From Octopus vulgaris (Eukaryota): DNA of 64,000 nt. The notes beneath the pieces are model-generated. The model saw only the letters and a list, made by a program, of their open reading frames with translations, ran no database searches and was not told the origin of the DNA. Positions 14,492-27,407 of this stretch are shown piece after piece. Made by a program: the position numbers and the translations under genes. Positions within the stretch are counted from its first letter, which is position 1. The number at the start of each line of letters is the position of its first letter. The stretch lies in the NCBI GenBank assembly GCA_951406725.2, contig OX597823.1, positions 50,654,001-50,718,000 of the forward strand, read 5' to 3'.

Positions 14492-14809
14492 ATATGTTTG
14501 ACTTTTGCTTTGCATTTGTACAAGTTGACACCAAGTTTCACCCAGAGACCTCAAGAGACAACAACTTAGAAGTTCAAGTTGGTATTATGCCTAAGGTGTC
14601 ATATATTTGGTTTTGCATATAGTGTTGTTGTAGAGAATGTTTGTTTGTTTTAAAATTTGCGATTACATAGACAGTATTTTATGTAGAATATGGGCAGTTC
14701 CCCTGAGCACTATCTTTTGAATTTCTGCCCTTTTGGAGTTTCCTGGTATCTGAGCTGTGTAGTAATCAGCCCCATTATGCTATCTTTCTTAGGGCACCTA
14801 TGACAACAG
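14433..14809 (-). mobile_element. 3' end of R4/Dong-clade (RLE) non-LTR retrotransposon with (CAA)n(TAA)n tail
   Basis: Minus strand VVIGAL...IPGN...AEIQKIVLRGTAHILHKILSM*, then 3' UTR and triplet tail. Confidence 0.8.
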
Positions 14810-14810
14810 T

Positions 14811-14940
14811 GAAGGCGCATGACTCAGTGGTTAGAGCATCGAGCTTACGATCGTGATGATGAGAGTTCGAATCCCGGACCGGGCTGAGTATTGTGTTCTT
14901 GAGCAAGATACTTTATTTCACGTTGGTCCAGTTCAGCTGT
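14811..14940 (+). mobile_element. SINE family C, 5' part
   Basis: GGCGCATGACTCAGTGGTTAGAGC (A box) ... GAGTTCGAATCCC (B box). Confidence 0.8.
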
Positions 14941-15300
14941 CGTCAGCTGGCTTATTTGAACCAAAAAATCGAAGAATTGAGGCCGGAGATTGCTAACGGA
15001 GATTGGTTGGAATCTCTTAACCATCTACCATATTCTCCTGATATTGTGGCATCCAACTACCACCTGTTTTTGTCTCTAAAGAACTCATTGAAAGGAAAAA
15101 CATTTAACGATTTAACATTTAACGATGGAGTCAAAACGTATCTAAACTATTTTTCTTCAAAACCAGTCAAATTTTACGTTGATGGAATATTTAAACCACC
15201 TGATAGATGGGCAAAGGTCATTAATAATAATGTAAAATATTTCATTGAATAAAATTTATTGAAAGGTCAATTATTTACATCTTTTTGTATATTAAAAACT
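14941..15300 (+). pseudogene. Mariner transposase C-terminal fragment
   Basis: HLPYSPDIVASNYHLF...FYVDGIFKPPDRWAKVINNNVKYF (YSPDLAP-D motif variant). Confidence 0.9.
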
Positions 15301-15475
15301 TACCGGAAGTGTTATGTATGAGGGTATGTAAACAGAAAAATGATTAAGCTTGCTAACGTTTTAAAGCTATATAATAATCTGCTTGTTCGTTCAACCGTTA
15401 TACTTTAGTTAGTTAGAGGATTGGAGGTGGCGTGAGTGAGAGGTGGAGTACAATTGAGAGAGAGAGAGAAAGAGA

Positions 15476-15996
15476 GTATAGTTCTCCTTTCCCTTTCACC
15501 GTTCTCTCTCTCTCTCACTCTTCCTCCTTGACTCACTCGTTGATCACACGTGACTAACGGCCATTCTCTCTTTCTTCCACTTCCTTCCTAAAGACGAGAC
15601 GTGCTTTTATCTATCTCTTCTCAAAGCTCGTTTTTCCGGCGTTAAACACTTCACATCATCTTGACTTAACAACCCTCACCGTTTGTTTTTACTGTTTTGT
15701 TCTCACTGTCCTGTTTTTGTTACCACTTTCACCCTCCGCAAAAAATCCCAAATTTTACTTAATTTGCTTTGCGGGAAGGACTGTTTTAACGAAGTTGCGT
15801 CTTCTCCTTATCTTCGAAACACGGAGTAGGTAAAATAGGGGACAACTGATTAAGGGAATGTTCTTTATGTTGCATGTCTCGCTTCTCTGTTTTTTTTTTT
15901 TCGTTGTTAAAAAAGTTCATCTTCTATGTTTTTGTTTTTTATGTTCTCGGTTCACATTTTGTCCACATATTTTTATGTCCTGTACCCATATATGCA
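15476..15996 (+). mobile_element. ~520-bp retrozyme-like element (subfamily 2), single unit
   Basis: CT-rich tract, CACGTGAC motif and permuted hammerhead-like motif; ends in TA-rich microsatellite; homologous to 38465-38955. Confidence 0.7.
15731..15856 (+). ncRNA. Permuted hammerhead-like motif (decayed copy)
   Basis: CCCT [CCGCAAA..TTTGCGG] GAAGG a CTGTTTTA..GCGT C TTCTCC tta TCTTC GAA ACAC..TAAAATAG g GGACAA CTGATTA AGGG. Confidence 0.6.
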
Positions 15997-16111
15997 TGTA
16001 TATATACATATATATATATATGCAGGTATGTACATATATGTATGTATATATGCATATAATTATATATTATTTATATTATTATATGATCGAACGCTACGCA
16101 TCCTTTTCCAA

Positions 16112-16153
<42 letters not shown>

Positions 16154-16765
16154 GGTTAAGTAATTGAGATTCTAGTGAATTCTAAAGAATTCACATGAAT
16201 ATGGTCCTTAACTAGGATGCACCGGATATCTATATGGTGTTAACCATACGACAAGTGGGGTGATTACAAATAGGAAAAAAGCAACAAGAATGGATTAAAA
16301 TCTCGGTACGATCGTTTCGTACGAGGACATCTTTAATAAGCTACAAAAAATGCAGTGAATACAGATGGCTCGTACTCGTCAGCCGAAAAAATATCAGAGA
16401 ATTCCCAAACATCAAAAGGGGTAGATACAAAAGAGGTTGTAAGATTAACTGCATTGAAGAAAGTTCGATTCATGGAGATCCGATGAAAGGTTTTAAACCT
16501 ATAGAATTTATGCATGTCTACATATAGCTCATATTGAATATTTGATCAAGTTGTATGAAGAAGTTTTCGGATACAGTCATGCAAAATTTCTGAAAATCCG
16601 AGTAAGAGGCAAAGTGACTGCCATATCATGTAGAGGAAAGTCTGAGTAAAAACATAGTGACTGTCATATCGTGTAGAGGAACAGATTGTTATTGAAATTT
16701 ACAAGAATCGCAGATAAGTTCGATTTTTTGGAGATCCGATGAAAAAGTCTTGAACTTACAAAATT

Positions 16766-16812
<47 letters not shown>

Positions 16813-17171
16813 CTACACATAAACCCACACACTCATATATATGTCATTAGATATATGGAGAGAGTAAAGAATATTAGAACAAAAGCCATTTACCTGAAAG
16901 GGTTTTGCGTTGAGTAGTACTTGCTAACGTTGCTTCTATGAGAAACAGGCAATCATACTACACCAGCCAACAGTATCAGTCAAGGAGATTGACCTATTTA
17001 ATTGATGTTCGTAGGCACGTCTTATTAATGAACTTCAAATGATCGACCGCCATACAGTAGGCCTGAATGGCACACTTAGAATGTCGGAATATAATTCCTG
17101 CTACTCATTGAGATTACAGACTACGTACTATCTCCCATGGTGGTCACGAAGACCGATATATATATATAACC

Positions 17172-17362
17172 TGTTTTGTTGTTTGTTCCTTCTCAAGCCA
17201 CGCCTGGCTCATTGGGGCCAGTTTCCCGGTTTCCGTGGCGTATAGGTTCCCCACCTGGACGGGATGCCGGTCCATCGCAGGTGAGCTGCAAGTTGCACGA
17301 GGAAAGAGTGAGTGAAAGTTGTGGCGAAAGAGTCAGCAGAAGTTCGCCATTAACTTCTGCCC
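17172..17362 (-). mobile_element. SINE family E, 3' part
   Basis: Minus GCGATGGACCGGCATCCCGTCCAGG...GGAAACCGGGAAACTGG...(AAC) tail, a typical SINE 3' module. Confidence 0.6.
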
Positions 17363-17652
17363 TTGGATTTTAGGGAGATCTTCGACGGCGGGATGTCAGG
17401 AAAACCACATCCCTATTACAATTCCATTTTATCTTATTTACTTTTCATTTTAGTTATTTTTACTATTGTATAATATGTATACTTCTCTTCTCTGTCTTAT
17501 TGTATACTGTGTATACTTTCTGTATATTTATATATATTTTTTCCTCTTATTTCGTTATATGTGAAACATCAGATATATATATATATAATAATAATATATT
17601 TATAATATGTATAATATATATATATATAATATATTATATATATATATAAATA

Positions 17653-18011
17653 CTAGCTGAAGGTGACCTGCTCTACGCGCGGGTAAGAGTGTAGTTGTTA
17701 CTCTCTGTTACTTCCTTTCAGCACGTAAAAAGCACCATCCGAACGTGGCGGAATGCAGCGCCGCCTTGACTGGCTTCTGTGCTGGTGGCACGTAAAAAGC
17801 ACCGACCGATCGTGGCCGCTGCCAGCCCCCTTGGCACCTGTGCCGGCGGCACGAAAAAGCGCCCACTACGCTCACAGAGTGGTTGGCGTTAGGAAGAGCA
17901 TCCACCCGTAGAAACACTGCCAGATCAGACTGGAGCGTGGTGCGGCCTCCTGGCTTCCCAGACCCCTGTCAAACTGTCCAACCCGTGCTAGCACAGAAAC
18001 GGACGTTAAAC

Positions 18012-18048
<37 letters not shown>

Positions 18049-19314
18049 CTCCCTCTTTGTTTCTCTCTCCTTTCTCTCTCACTTTGCCACTCTCTTACTC
18101 TTCCTTTCTGTCGGACTCTCCCTCGCTTTCTCTTACTCTCTATCTTTATCTATCTCTCTCCCATTTATAAACAACAAAAGATCTTGAGTAAGTTGAGAAA
18201 TAAAATATTTAGAAAGGTCAATCATAAATATCAGGCAGTAACAACGGAAAGGTCTGCTTCAAGGCAGACAGCAAAACACTATCTCTGTCACATTCATACG
18301 CTACATATGCCTTTCTCGCTTGTTTTCCATGCTCAGTGTGCCCTTGTAAACACAACTCATCTCTGTAAGACCCTAGGTCGGTCACGCATACATAGAGAAA
18401 GTTGTTTGTCCCTTACAACGCGCCAGCATGCCACACTTTTGTTCCTGCACGACCGAGGCATATAATAGCTCAAGCACTGGCTGGCAGCCTCAGCCTTACC
18501 GCATTAATCACTGGGATATTCAATAATGTACACTGTATTTCAGCCTAGCAAGCCCTATTGCACTCATGCACCTCTGTTCTGCACGTGTACTCCCTTGTTT
18601 TGCAACACGTCTGCGTCAGCTCAATTCTTCTCCCGACTCAAAGCACTTCGGATGTTCACATGCGCTGCGCTCATGTTTAGGCATAATTTCCCCCTGTTAG
18701 ACCCCTGTTGGTCACGTAATTAACAGAGAAAATTATCTGTCTCGCACCCAAGTTGCACCCAAAAAGTGTAAAGAAGCAACCAGTTCCCTTTACGTAACTA
18801 TCAAAAAGTATTAAAAAGTTTAATATACATAAATACAGATATATACACTTTGTATATATACATTATATATACATATTTATATATAGAACACACACACACA
18901 CATGTATATAAACGCTCGTTGGTGTGTTCTGTTTGTATTTGGTCGATGGGCGCGTTGACAGGTAGACAATAGAATGCGGTGGCGATGGCGATGGAATATT
19001 TGTTTCTCTGTATAGAGATACATGAGTAAAAATTATGGGAAGCTAAGAGATAGAGTGAGTGAAAATGTTCTTACATTAAATAACGGGAGTGGACCATCTA
19101 AAGGGGAGTGAGAGGGTAATATAGGAAATAGCGTGAGTGAGGAAGATGGCCCCTAGCAACCACACCTTTTAAGATAGGGATTTCTAAGGTAGCCCACTGG
19201 CATCGTCACCTCATTCTACATGTCCCTGTAAATTTTGGAGCGAATCGGACGGGTCGTAGTGGCATTGAAAACGATCCAAGCGGTAAAAACGCATTTCAGT
19301 TTTATATATAGAGA
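17653..19314 (-). mobile_element. Non-autonomous Helitron with nested insertion
   Basis: Minus 5' TCTCTATATATAAAA at ~19314; GC-rich subterminal hairpin then CTAG|T at 17653; embedded in (TA)n. Confidence 0.6.
17705..18046 (+). mobile_element. RTE-mobilised SINE-like 3' module with (GAT)n tail
   Basis: Three GGCACGTAAAAAGCACC-like subrepeats, GGTTGGCGTTAGGAAGAGCATCC, ends GGACGTTAAAC(GAT)n. Confidence 0.75.
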
Positions 19315-19315
19315 T

Positions 19316-19536
<221 letters not shown>

Positions 19537-19746
19537 ATTTTAATACAAGCAACTAATCTAAACAAATTGACTGAAAAAAGATGGGCCGATCCTCTAGGAA
19601 TTGGTGTCGTGTTCAATTCCCAATGGTTCGGCCCATCATTTTTTAAATTCATTATTATTATTATTAGAAATAATAATATATAATTAGAGTTATTATATTT
19701 CAGAAATTGATAAATATGTGTGTATGTGTGTGTGTTTGTGTGTGTT

Positions 19747-19779
<33 letters not shown>

Positions 19780-22182
19780 GTGTATGCGTGGGTAAGCGCC
19801 TGCGTATGTGTTTTTCTATTTTTGGGACTTTTGTATGTCTCAGTATCTGTATTTCTGTGCACCTGTATAAATTCTTTTAGGAATTTCCTTCTTAAGGGAC
19901 GAAATACAGGAGTCGATATAATATAATACAAATTAACTAAAATCGCTAGAAGTGATGCCGCACTATGGCCATAGCGAAACGACTGAAAATGGTGTAAAGA
20001 ATAAAAGAATGCATTCAAAAAAATGTTGTACGATAGCTGAACCTAAGCGAAATATAGAATTTTAATGGAACAGCAACAGTTATTAAAAGATTTCAGCGCA
20101 TCAGTTCTAAAAGATTTTTAATTAAAAAATGAATAGTAACTCGACAAAAAGGTTGAAAGGTCAGTCATCACTGGCGGCAGCGAATCTGACAGCATGGCAC
20201 TTGCTATTTCCTGCTATCAACAGACTAAAACGCTTTGTGAGAAATTGTTTTTGTATCTTATCTTTCTCTTTATCTCCTGCACTTATGCATGCATGCATAC
20301 ATACATACATACATACATACATGCATACATACATACATACATACATGCAAACTTACATGCGTACTTACCTACATATACATATAAATACAAACATATATAT
20401 ATATATATTGATGCACATACACACCACACACACATACACACCACACACACATACACACACATATACATGCACATATATATCTACGCACACACCTTTGTGC
20501 ACATTACATTTATTACCTTCAGTTCAGTGCGTCCCTTTCTTACGTACACATCTATATTCATGCATATCTATACACGTGCATACAAACTCATATACATAAA
20601 TGCTTACATACTACATTCATACTTACTTACTTACCTACACACACACATACACACACACGCAAACACACATATATAAATACGATCATACCATGCATATACA
20701 TGCTATCATACATATACGACTGCTTTTATTCAGTTTTCACGGGTGTGTTATTTGTCATGTAAAAGAAATGAATGACAACTAAATAACATTATTATACACG
20801 CATAGATGGTTATTGGAACACTTAGAAATGTTGATGCTTGTGTATACACTTCCACACATATATAAACAAGCGCAAACGCATTCCATAATCATGTTGTACT
20901 ACAAAAAGCATGCATCAGCAAATGCATACACTCACAGTAATACATATATCTAAAAGCTCTCTAAACTTTAATAGCTGGACACATCCGTAAAGACCAAGAA
21001 TTCATAGTTTGAGTGATAAGTGTATGTTTGTGTGTGCTAAATAGGTTGTAGAAGTTTATCAAGTTCGTTTCCGGTTAGTTTCATTTCCAACGAGTGTTTA
21101 CGAAAATGGAATTTAGAAAGAGTCTGAATCCTATTGAGTTTATGCCCACAATTCTGGCTTTGTGACAGTGATTTGTCAAATACCATATGCTCTAAACCAG
21201 GAAAAAAAAGAACTTGGTTCCGTTCTCTTATTAACTCTTATGTTATGTAGTGGGGTGAGGCTAGCTCATGGCACAGCTGTGAGTGATACAATATTATTTA
21301 TGCAAGAATGCGATTTATGGTTGGATAATTAGCTGCCTGGGACTCAAACGGACGTAGTGGACTTGACTGTAATAAATGGCTGACTAAGTGTGTGCCAACG
21401 AACTCACTTGTCAAGTCATTATACACTGTGATACCCAATGCTGTGATTTAGTAGACAGTCATGTTAACCTTTGAACCTTGACATCCTTAAATCCTTATAC
21501 TCAGTGTAAACTAGTCTGATGGCCCATTTGAAAGGTCTTAAGTTGAACCAAGATTGAAACTTCGTTGAACAATGTTGCTTTTGCTTAGCCACTATAACCA
21601 ACATTTCACCTTTACCAATATATTTTATTGACTTTTATTAAAAGCTTTCTTTCCATTTTTTAGCCTTCAAAACATTTGCTCGAATAGAATTCGTATTTAC
21701 ATTACTAAATTCCATTCCTCATGTTTACTAATGTTTTTTTTTTTGTTTCGATTTATTGTTTGTATTCTGATTATCATTTGTCTGTTCTATCTTGTATTTA
21801 TATGATATATATATTTTAGCAAGATAAATATTTCAGTTCAATAGTAAGTACTACAGAAACAGCAAATAACTGCAAAAGCGATGATTAAAAAAAAATGAAA
21901 CAGAAATTTGTAAAGGAACCAGGAAACCTTTTTCTTTTCTTTTCTTTTTTTTTTTTGACATGTCAACGAAAAATAAATATTCAACAATTCACCAACACAG
22001 TCATAGTGCAACAGAAAGTCTGATTCTGAAACAGGGAAATTAGCTTATTGTTATTGGAATTAATGGCAATGTTTGTATTGTTTATGAATTATTGCTGTAA
22101 AACGTTATTGCATTATGAATGCTATCGACATTGTGTACAATAATGACAACATACGTATGTATGTATATACGTGTGCGTGTGT

Positions 22183-22219
<37 letters not shown>

Positions 22220-22879
22220 TATATATACATACACATATACATACATACATTGTCGTAAAAGTTCACGTTCTTAAAAGATTCAGTCTCTGTGAAAACTAGT
22301 TATATACAGTATAAAATTCATTGTGTTGGTGTGTGTACCTTTATAAAATGATACAGCTCGGGGAAAAGAAAGCAAAAAAAAAAAAAAGTAAAACCTTGTT
22401 TGAGGGTGATAAGCAGCTGAGAGGAAGCGAGTTGTCGAAAAAGGGAGTTATGAAGAATGGCAGTTGATGATGGCGGTGAGTAAAGGGGAACGGAGGCAAG
22501 TGTGCGCGTGTGTATGTGTGTGTGTGTATGGGGTTGAATGTACAAAAGAATTGGTAAATCGCTCTTTTGTAGTTTAGTTTTCCCGATTGTAACCATCTTT
22601 CTAACCCAGTAAGTTGTATTTGTCAAAGCTGACAGCAAAATATTATCTACCAAGTGATGCTCATAAATTCTCTTAGAATTGAAAAAAGCTCCTTTATCTC
22701 CGTTTTTTTGTTGCGTTAAGTGGATAAGAGACATATCACCCATTCATGGATAGAACGCGGATCTATAGAATCTCATTTCCCCCTGAAACCCTGATGGTTA
22801 AAATCACATCGGAAATGATTCCGATTGCGAGACTTTTACAGCGGAAAATCATATATATCCACCCAAGACTTACGTTACT

Positions 22880-23299
22880 TATTTCTTTACTACCCACAAG
22901 GGGCTAAACTCAGAGAGGACAATCACGGACAGACAAACGGATTAAGTCGATTATATCGACCCCCAGTGCGTAACTGGTACTTATTTAATCGACCCCGAAA
23001 GGATGAAAGGTAAAGTCGACCTCGGCGGAATTTGAACTCAGAGCGTAACGGCAGACGAAATACCTATTTCTTTTTACTACCCACAAGAGGCTAAACACAG
23101 AGAGGACAATCACGGACAGACAAACGGATTAAGTCGATTATATCGACCCCCAGTGCATAACTGGTACTTATTTAATCGATCCCCGAAAGGATGAAAGGCA
23201 AAGTCGACCTCGGCGAAATTTGAACTCAGAACGTAACGGCAGACGAAATACCGCAAAACATTTCGCCCGGCGTGCTAACGATTCTGCCAGCTCGTTCCC
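22880..23299 (-). mobile_element. SINE A dimer
   Basis: Two near-identical bodies joined at GACGAAATACC|TATTTC (~23064). Confidence 0.9.
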
Positions 23300-23848
23300 T
23301 CAACTGCAGAAAGTTTTATATACCAGTCTGTCTTTTGTTGAGGAATGTCATGCTTGAAACTATTTTATGGTCGAGATATATCAAGTTTATTGAAGCTACG
23401 TGACTTGCAGAAAATACCATTTCTATTTTCTGGTAGTTATTTAACATCATTACTGGATTGAGCACGAAATTTAATTTCGCACTTAAAGGGTTACGCTGGA
23501 GGAAGGATACAATATCATATCAACACTTTCATTCCATGCTTGTCAAGCAGTGATTTTTAGCTAAAATAACCGACTAGGAAGCATTAGCAAAAGTCGGTTT
23601 GTTCATGAACTGGCGACAAGTTCTGACTGGTCTATAATTTAACTCACTGACATCAGCGCTTATAAAGTGACTCTACATATGTTATCTCATTTTAGATGGT
23701 CAATACGTCAATCATTACGAAATGTTGATTTACTTCGGCCAGATACGAAGCAAAAATGTTTTTGTCCGTGTTGTTGTTGTTGTCGTTACTGTTTAACTCC
23801 AGGTAAACATTAGCATAATATCAATATCCGCATGTGTGCGTGAGCACG

Positions 23849-23879
<31 letters not shown>

Positions 23880-23993
23880 CTGTGTGTGTGCGAGGGAGAA
23901 AGAGAGAGAGCGTGGTAAATGTGTGTATGTGAGTGTGCCTGTACAACTGAAAATCTCAAAAGCTTCTTGATATAGAAAAGGCATACATACATT

Positions 23994-24160
23994 GGGGCAG
24001 TTGTGGTTGTGTGGTACGAAGTTTGTTTCCCCCGTCCCACATGATTCCGGATTTAGTCCCACTGCGTGGTTCCTTGGGCAAGTGTCTTCTACTATAATCT
24101 CGGGTCGGCACTGGCTTCGTAAGTGGATTTGGCTGACAGAAACTGAAAGAAGCCCGTAGT
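23994..24160 (+). mobile_element. SINE family B, 5' half
   Basis: CCCACTGCGTGGTTCCTTGGGCAAGTGTCTTCTACTATA...GAAACTGAAAGAAGCCCGT. Confidence 0.8.
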
Positions 24161-25654
24161 TTTCAGACATTAGCGTCTCCTAGCAAGCAGTTGCACACGT
24201 ATACGTACGAGTTCGCCCCTAATATATATTTTTATATATCAGTTTATAGATTGATTAATTTTACCTTAACCGGTTGATTGCAAGCTAGCTACCTGATAAA
24301 GTCTAACGTAGATTTTTATCTTCAGTTTTTTTAAAAATAAAAATATATATTTTTAATATATCATTTCACCCAAACCAAAATTATTCAATGCTGAATTATA
24401 CGGTTATTAACACGTGGTCGAAATAGACGATACCAGATTTTTGAATTTTTATTCTGTATATAAGTACGAACAACGCATTTACGGTGCGGAGCTTTTTCTG
24501 TTCCACAGGTATGTATTTTGTTCGTGTTTATGTGCATTGACCTGGTTATATTACACTGATGATAGAAAGAGGGATTACTCCTTAATCTAATGACTGAAAC
24601 AAGTAAATGGTGTAGATAAAGTCATACCTTATATTATATATTAAAAAAAAAACTGTGGCTTATCTAGTTTCTCCTTGCGGTGCATTAGTGTACCACTGTG
24701 AACTATTTAGAACTGTCGAATTAAGCAGACGAGATGTATTTTGTCCTGGATGTGACGCCAGACTACCGTATGTATCTGCTCCAACAGGAAATACTAAAAC
24801 AAGGAATAAATTCCAAATAAATCCTCGGTAACTTTAGAGTGCTGCTGCTGGTTACACCGCTAAATTCTACGACACATGTGACATCCAAGGATCTAAGATG
24901 AATTAGTCATTGAAAGTCTATTATTTTGGCCTTGAAAGCAACCCTGTGTCAGGTCAGGAACTAATGAGATACAAACAGCTCACTCAAACTGCGGTGCCTT
25001 AGATACATAGTATCCGAAAGAAGATGGAAATTATTTTTGCTAATAGTCCTTTATGCAAATGTCTTCAGTCAGAATTGAGCGCAGTCTGGCAGAACATAAA
25101 CAACGAATCAATACTCTGTATATCGTTTAGTTAGCTACTGTATGGTTACTGAATATCTCATTCCTCTTATCTATCTTATTTTGTCTAAGCGTCATGCACT
25201 ACCTTCCTACCTTACCCACAATGTCAACATTAATGCAAATTTGTGAAGGACTGGAGAGAAGGCGTATTATCCAGGGATGCTTGAAAAACAAACTGTTAAG
25301 AGGAAACTAAGATATTTAAAGTAGTGAAAATAAATAAATAAAAATTTAAATTACATCAATAAGGAGAAAATGAAAACACCCATTAGCTAATGATAAATTT
25401 TGTTCTAGAAAAGCAAAGGTGACAGTTCCGAAATTTAAATTCATTAAAAATTAAATACAACATAATGTTCACCTCAAATTTTTGCTGTGCCAGTCTATAT
25501 GTTGAATCTAGTCTTTCTCAGCCAAGATATCGTTTTGAAGTCGACACCAAAACCACAAGGCTTCTGTACGCTCGCCACCTTATAAGTGTATTTAATTATT
25601 GCTACAAGTTGTTGCTAAATAAACGCATCAATATGTTATTATTAAGAATATACA

Positions 25655-25875
25655 AGACGGTGAGCTGGAAAAATCGTTAACACGCCGGGCAGAATATTTA
25701 GCGGCATTTCGTCCGTCTTTACGTTCTGAGTTCATATTCCACCGAGGTCAACCTCACCTTTTGTTTTTTTCAGGGTCGATAAAATAAGTACAAGTTGAAC
25801 TCTGGGGGACAATGTAATCGACTTAAGCCCTACCCCCGGATTTCAGGCTTTGCGCCTTTATTAAAAAGAAATATT
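25655..25875 (+). mobile_element. SINE family A
   Basis: Collinear with 44478-44709. Confidence 0.85.
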
Positions 25876-26327
25876 TAAGAACATACTTACTAATTTACAC
25901 ACACTAAGTTCATACTTATTGTATATTTTCTCAGATACTGTAAATAAGGTAGTAATCTACATCAAAATAAATTAAAGATGGAAGTAATCCACATGGTTCC
26001 AAGAATTGAATACGTTTTGTGCTGTGAAGGTGAAGTAAAGCCTAACGTTTTGAACATAAATCTATTTGTAGCAATTCGTAGTTTTACTGCTAAATGTTAA
26101 CACCTCTATATATTTTTTTCTTTTCGATAAATGTCACTTCTCCGAAACGTTGAACTTCTGTCTTTTTTTTTGCACGGCATAAAATATATTTCACTGTTTG
26201 AATCATTTGTATTACATGTTTGCTGATGCACAGCATCGTTAGCGTTTTCTAATTCTACTATTTTACTAAATGCACATGTCAATTCTTACATACCGCTCAA
26301 TATATAAACACAAAAACCGAAAGAACT

Positions 26328-26610
26328 ATGAACTGCAGAAGCGGAAATTCAATATGCTGCGTCAAATGCCCGAATTCTGAAGAGATATACGTTGGTCAGA
26401 CTGGGAATAGATTATCTGAACATTCACATGTGCACCGACAACAAATTAAGTACCGTGATATCCGTCAGATCCTTTTAAGTGACCATCTGGCAACATGTGG
26501 TCAGAAAAAGTTTATAATATTCTCATTCTACAATCTTTACAACTGAAAGGAAGTCGAAAGAACAAATTCAAGAAAATAATTTTCTTGATAGATTCACACC
26601 TATTTTAAAT
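26328..26610 (+). pseudogene. Penelope-like element GIY-YIG endonuclease 3' fragment
   Basis: NCRSGNSICCVKCPNSEEIYVGQTGNRLSEHSHVHRQQI...LSDHLATC, continuing to ...RFTPILN; followed by (TAA)n. Confidence 0.8.
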
Positions 26611-26659
26611 GGACAATAATAATAATAGTTATAGCACGGTGATAATTGTAATGATGATG

Positions 26660-26692
<33 letters not shown>

Positions 26693-26706
26693 TTAATAAT
26701 AATAAC

Positions 26707-26771
<65 letters not shown>
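26660..26771. repeat. (TAA)n microsatellite
   Basis: Direct observation. Confidence 0.95.
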
Positions 26772-26889
26772 GTACTACTGCTACAGCCACCACCACCACC
26801 GCCGCCGGTAAGAAAAGATAATGGAGAATAAATATTAAAAAAAAAAAATTTAAGCAAAATCACAATGTTTAAATAATTCATCGAATGAT

Positions 26890-26947
<58 letters not shown>

Positions 26948-27204
26948 GTAAATGAATTTGTTGCAATTAAAAAAATTCTAAAAAATTTATTCTCAGCCGG
27001 ATATAGTACGTGTGGAAATTAATTCGGTGCCCCAATAAATAACAAGTGAAAATAAATAAAACAAGTGCAACACCAACGTCCTCTCAACTATTAGCCAGAG
27101 ATGATTTTTAAAATGAGAATGTCTGAAATAAACTCGACTGCTCTCACAACCGAGAATGCTAAAAATTAAACCGACCGCTCTCAAAAATTAAGTAAAAAAA
27201 AAAA

Positions 27205-27407
27205 AAAACAAGAAAAATATTCCAGAATCCTTGTCCGGTACTGGATCGATCCCAGAATCTAATCGCTTTGTGCTAGCTAATAGGACAAACATCCCTGATA
27301 GTTTCATCCGAATCCATCCAGCGGTTCTTGAGATCTCTTGTCCACAGACACAAACAAACAAACACGACTGAAAACAATACCTCCGCCTTCGCTAGGGCGG
27401 GGGTAAT
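27205..27407. mobile_element. Helentron/DINE-like non-autonomous element end
   Basis: (ACAA)n then terminal hairpin ACCTCCGCCTTCGCTAGGGCGGGGGT-AAT. Confidence 0.45.

Noticed and set aside
14811-14885. tRNA gene
   Set aside because: A/B boxes belong to a SINE head; no complete cloverleaf or terminator.
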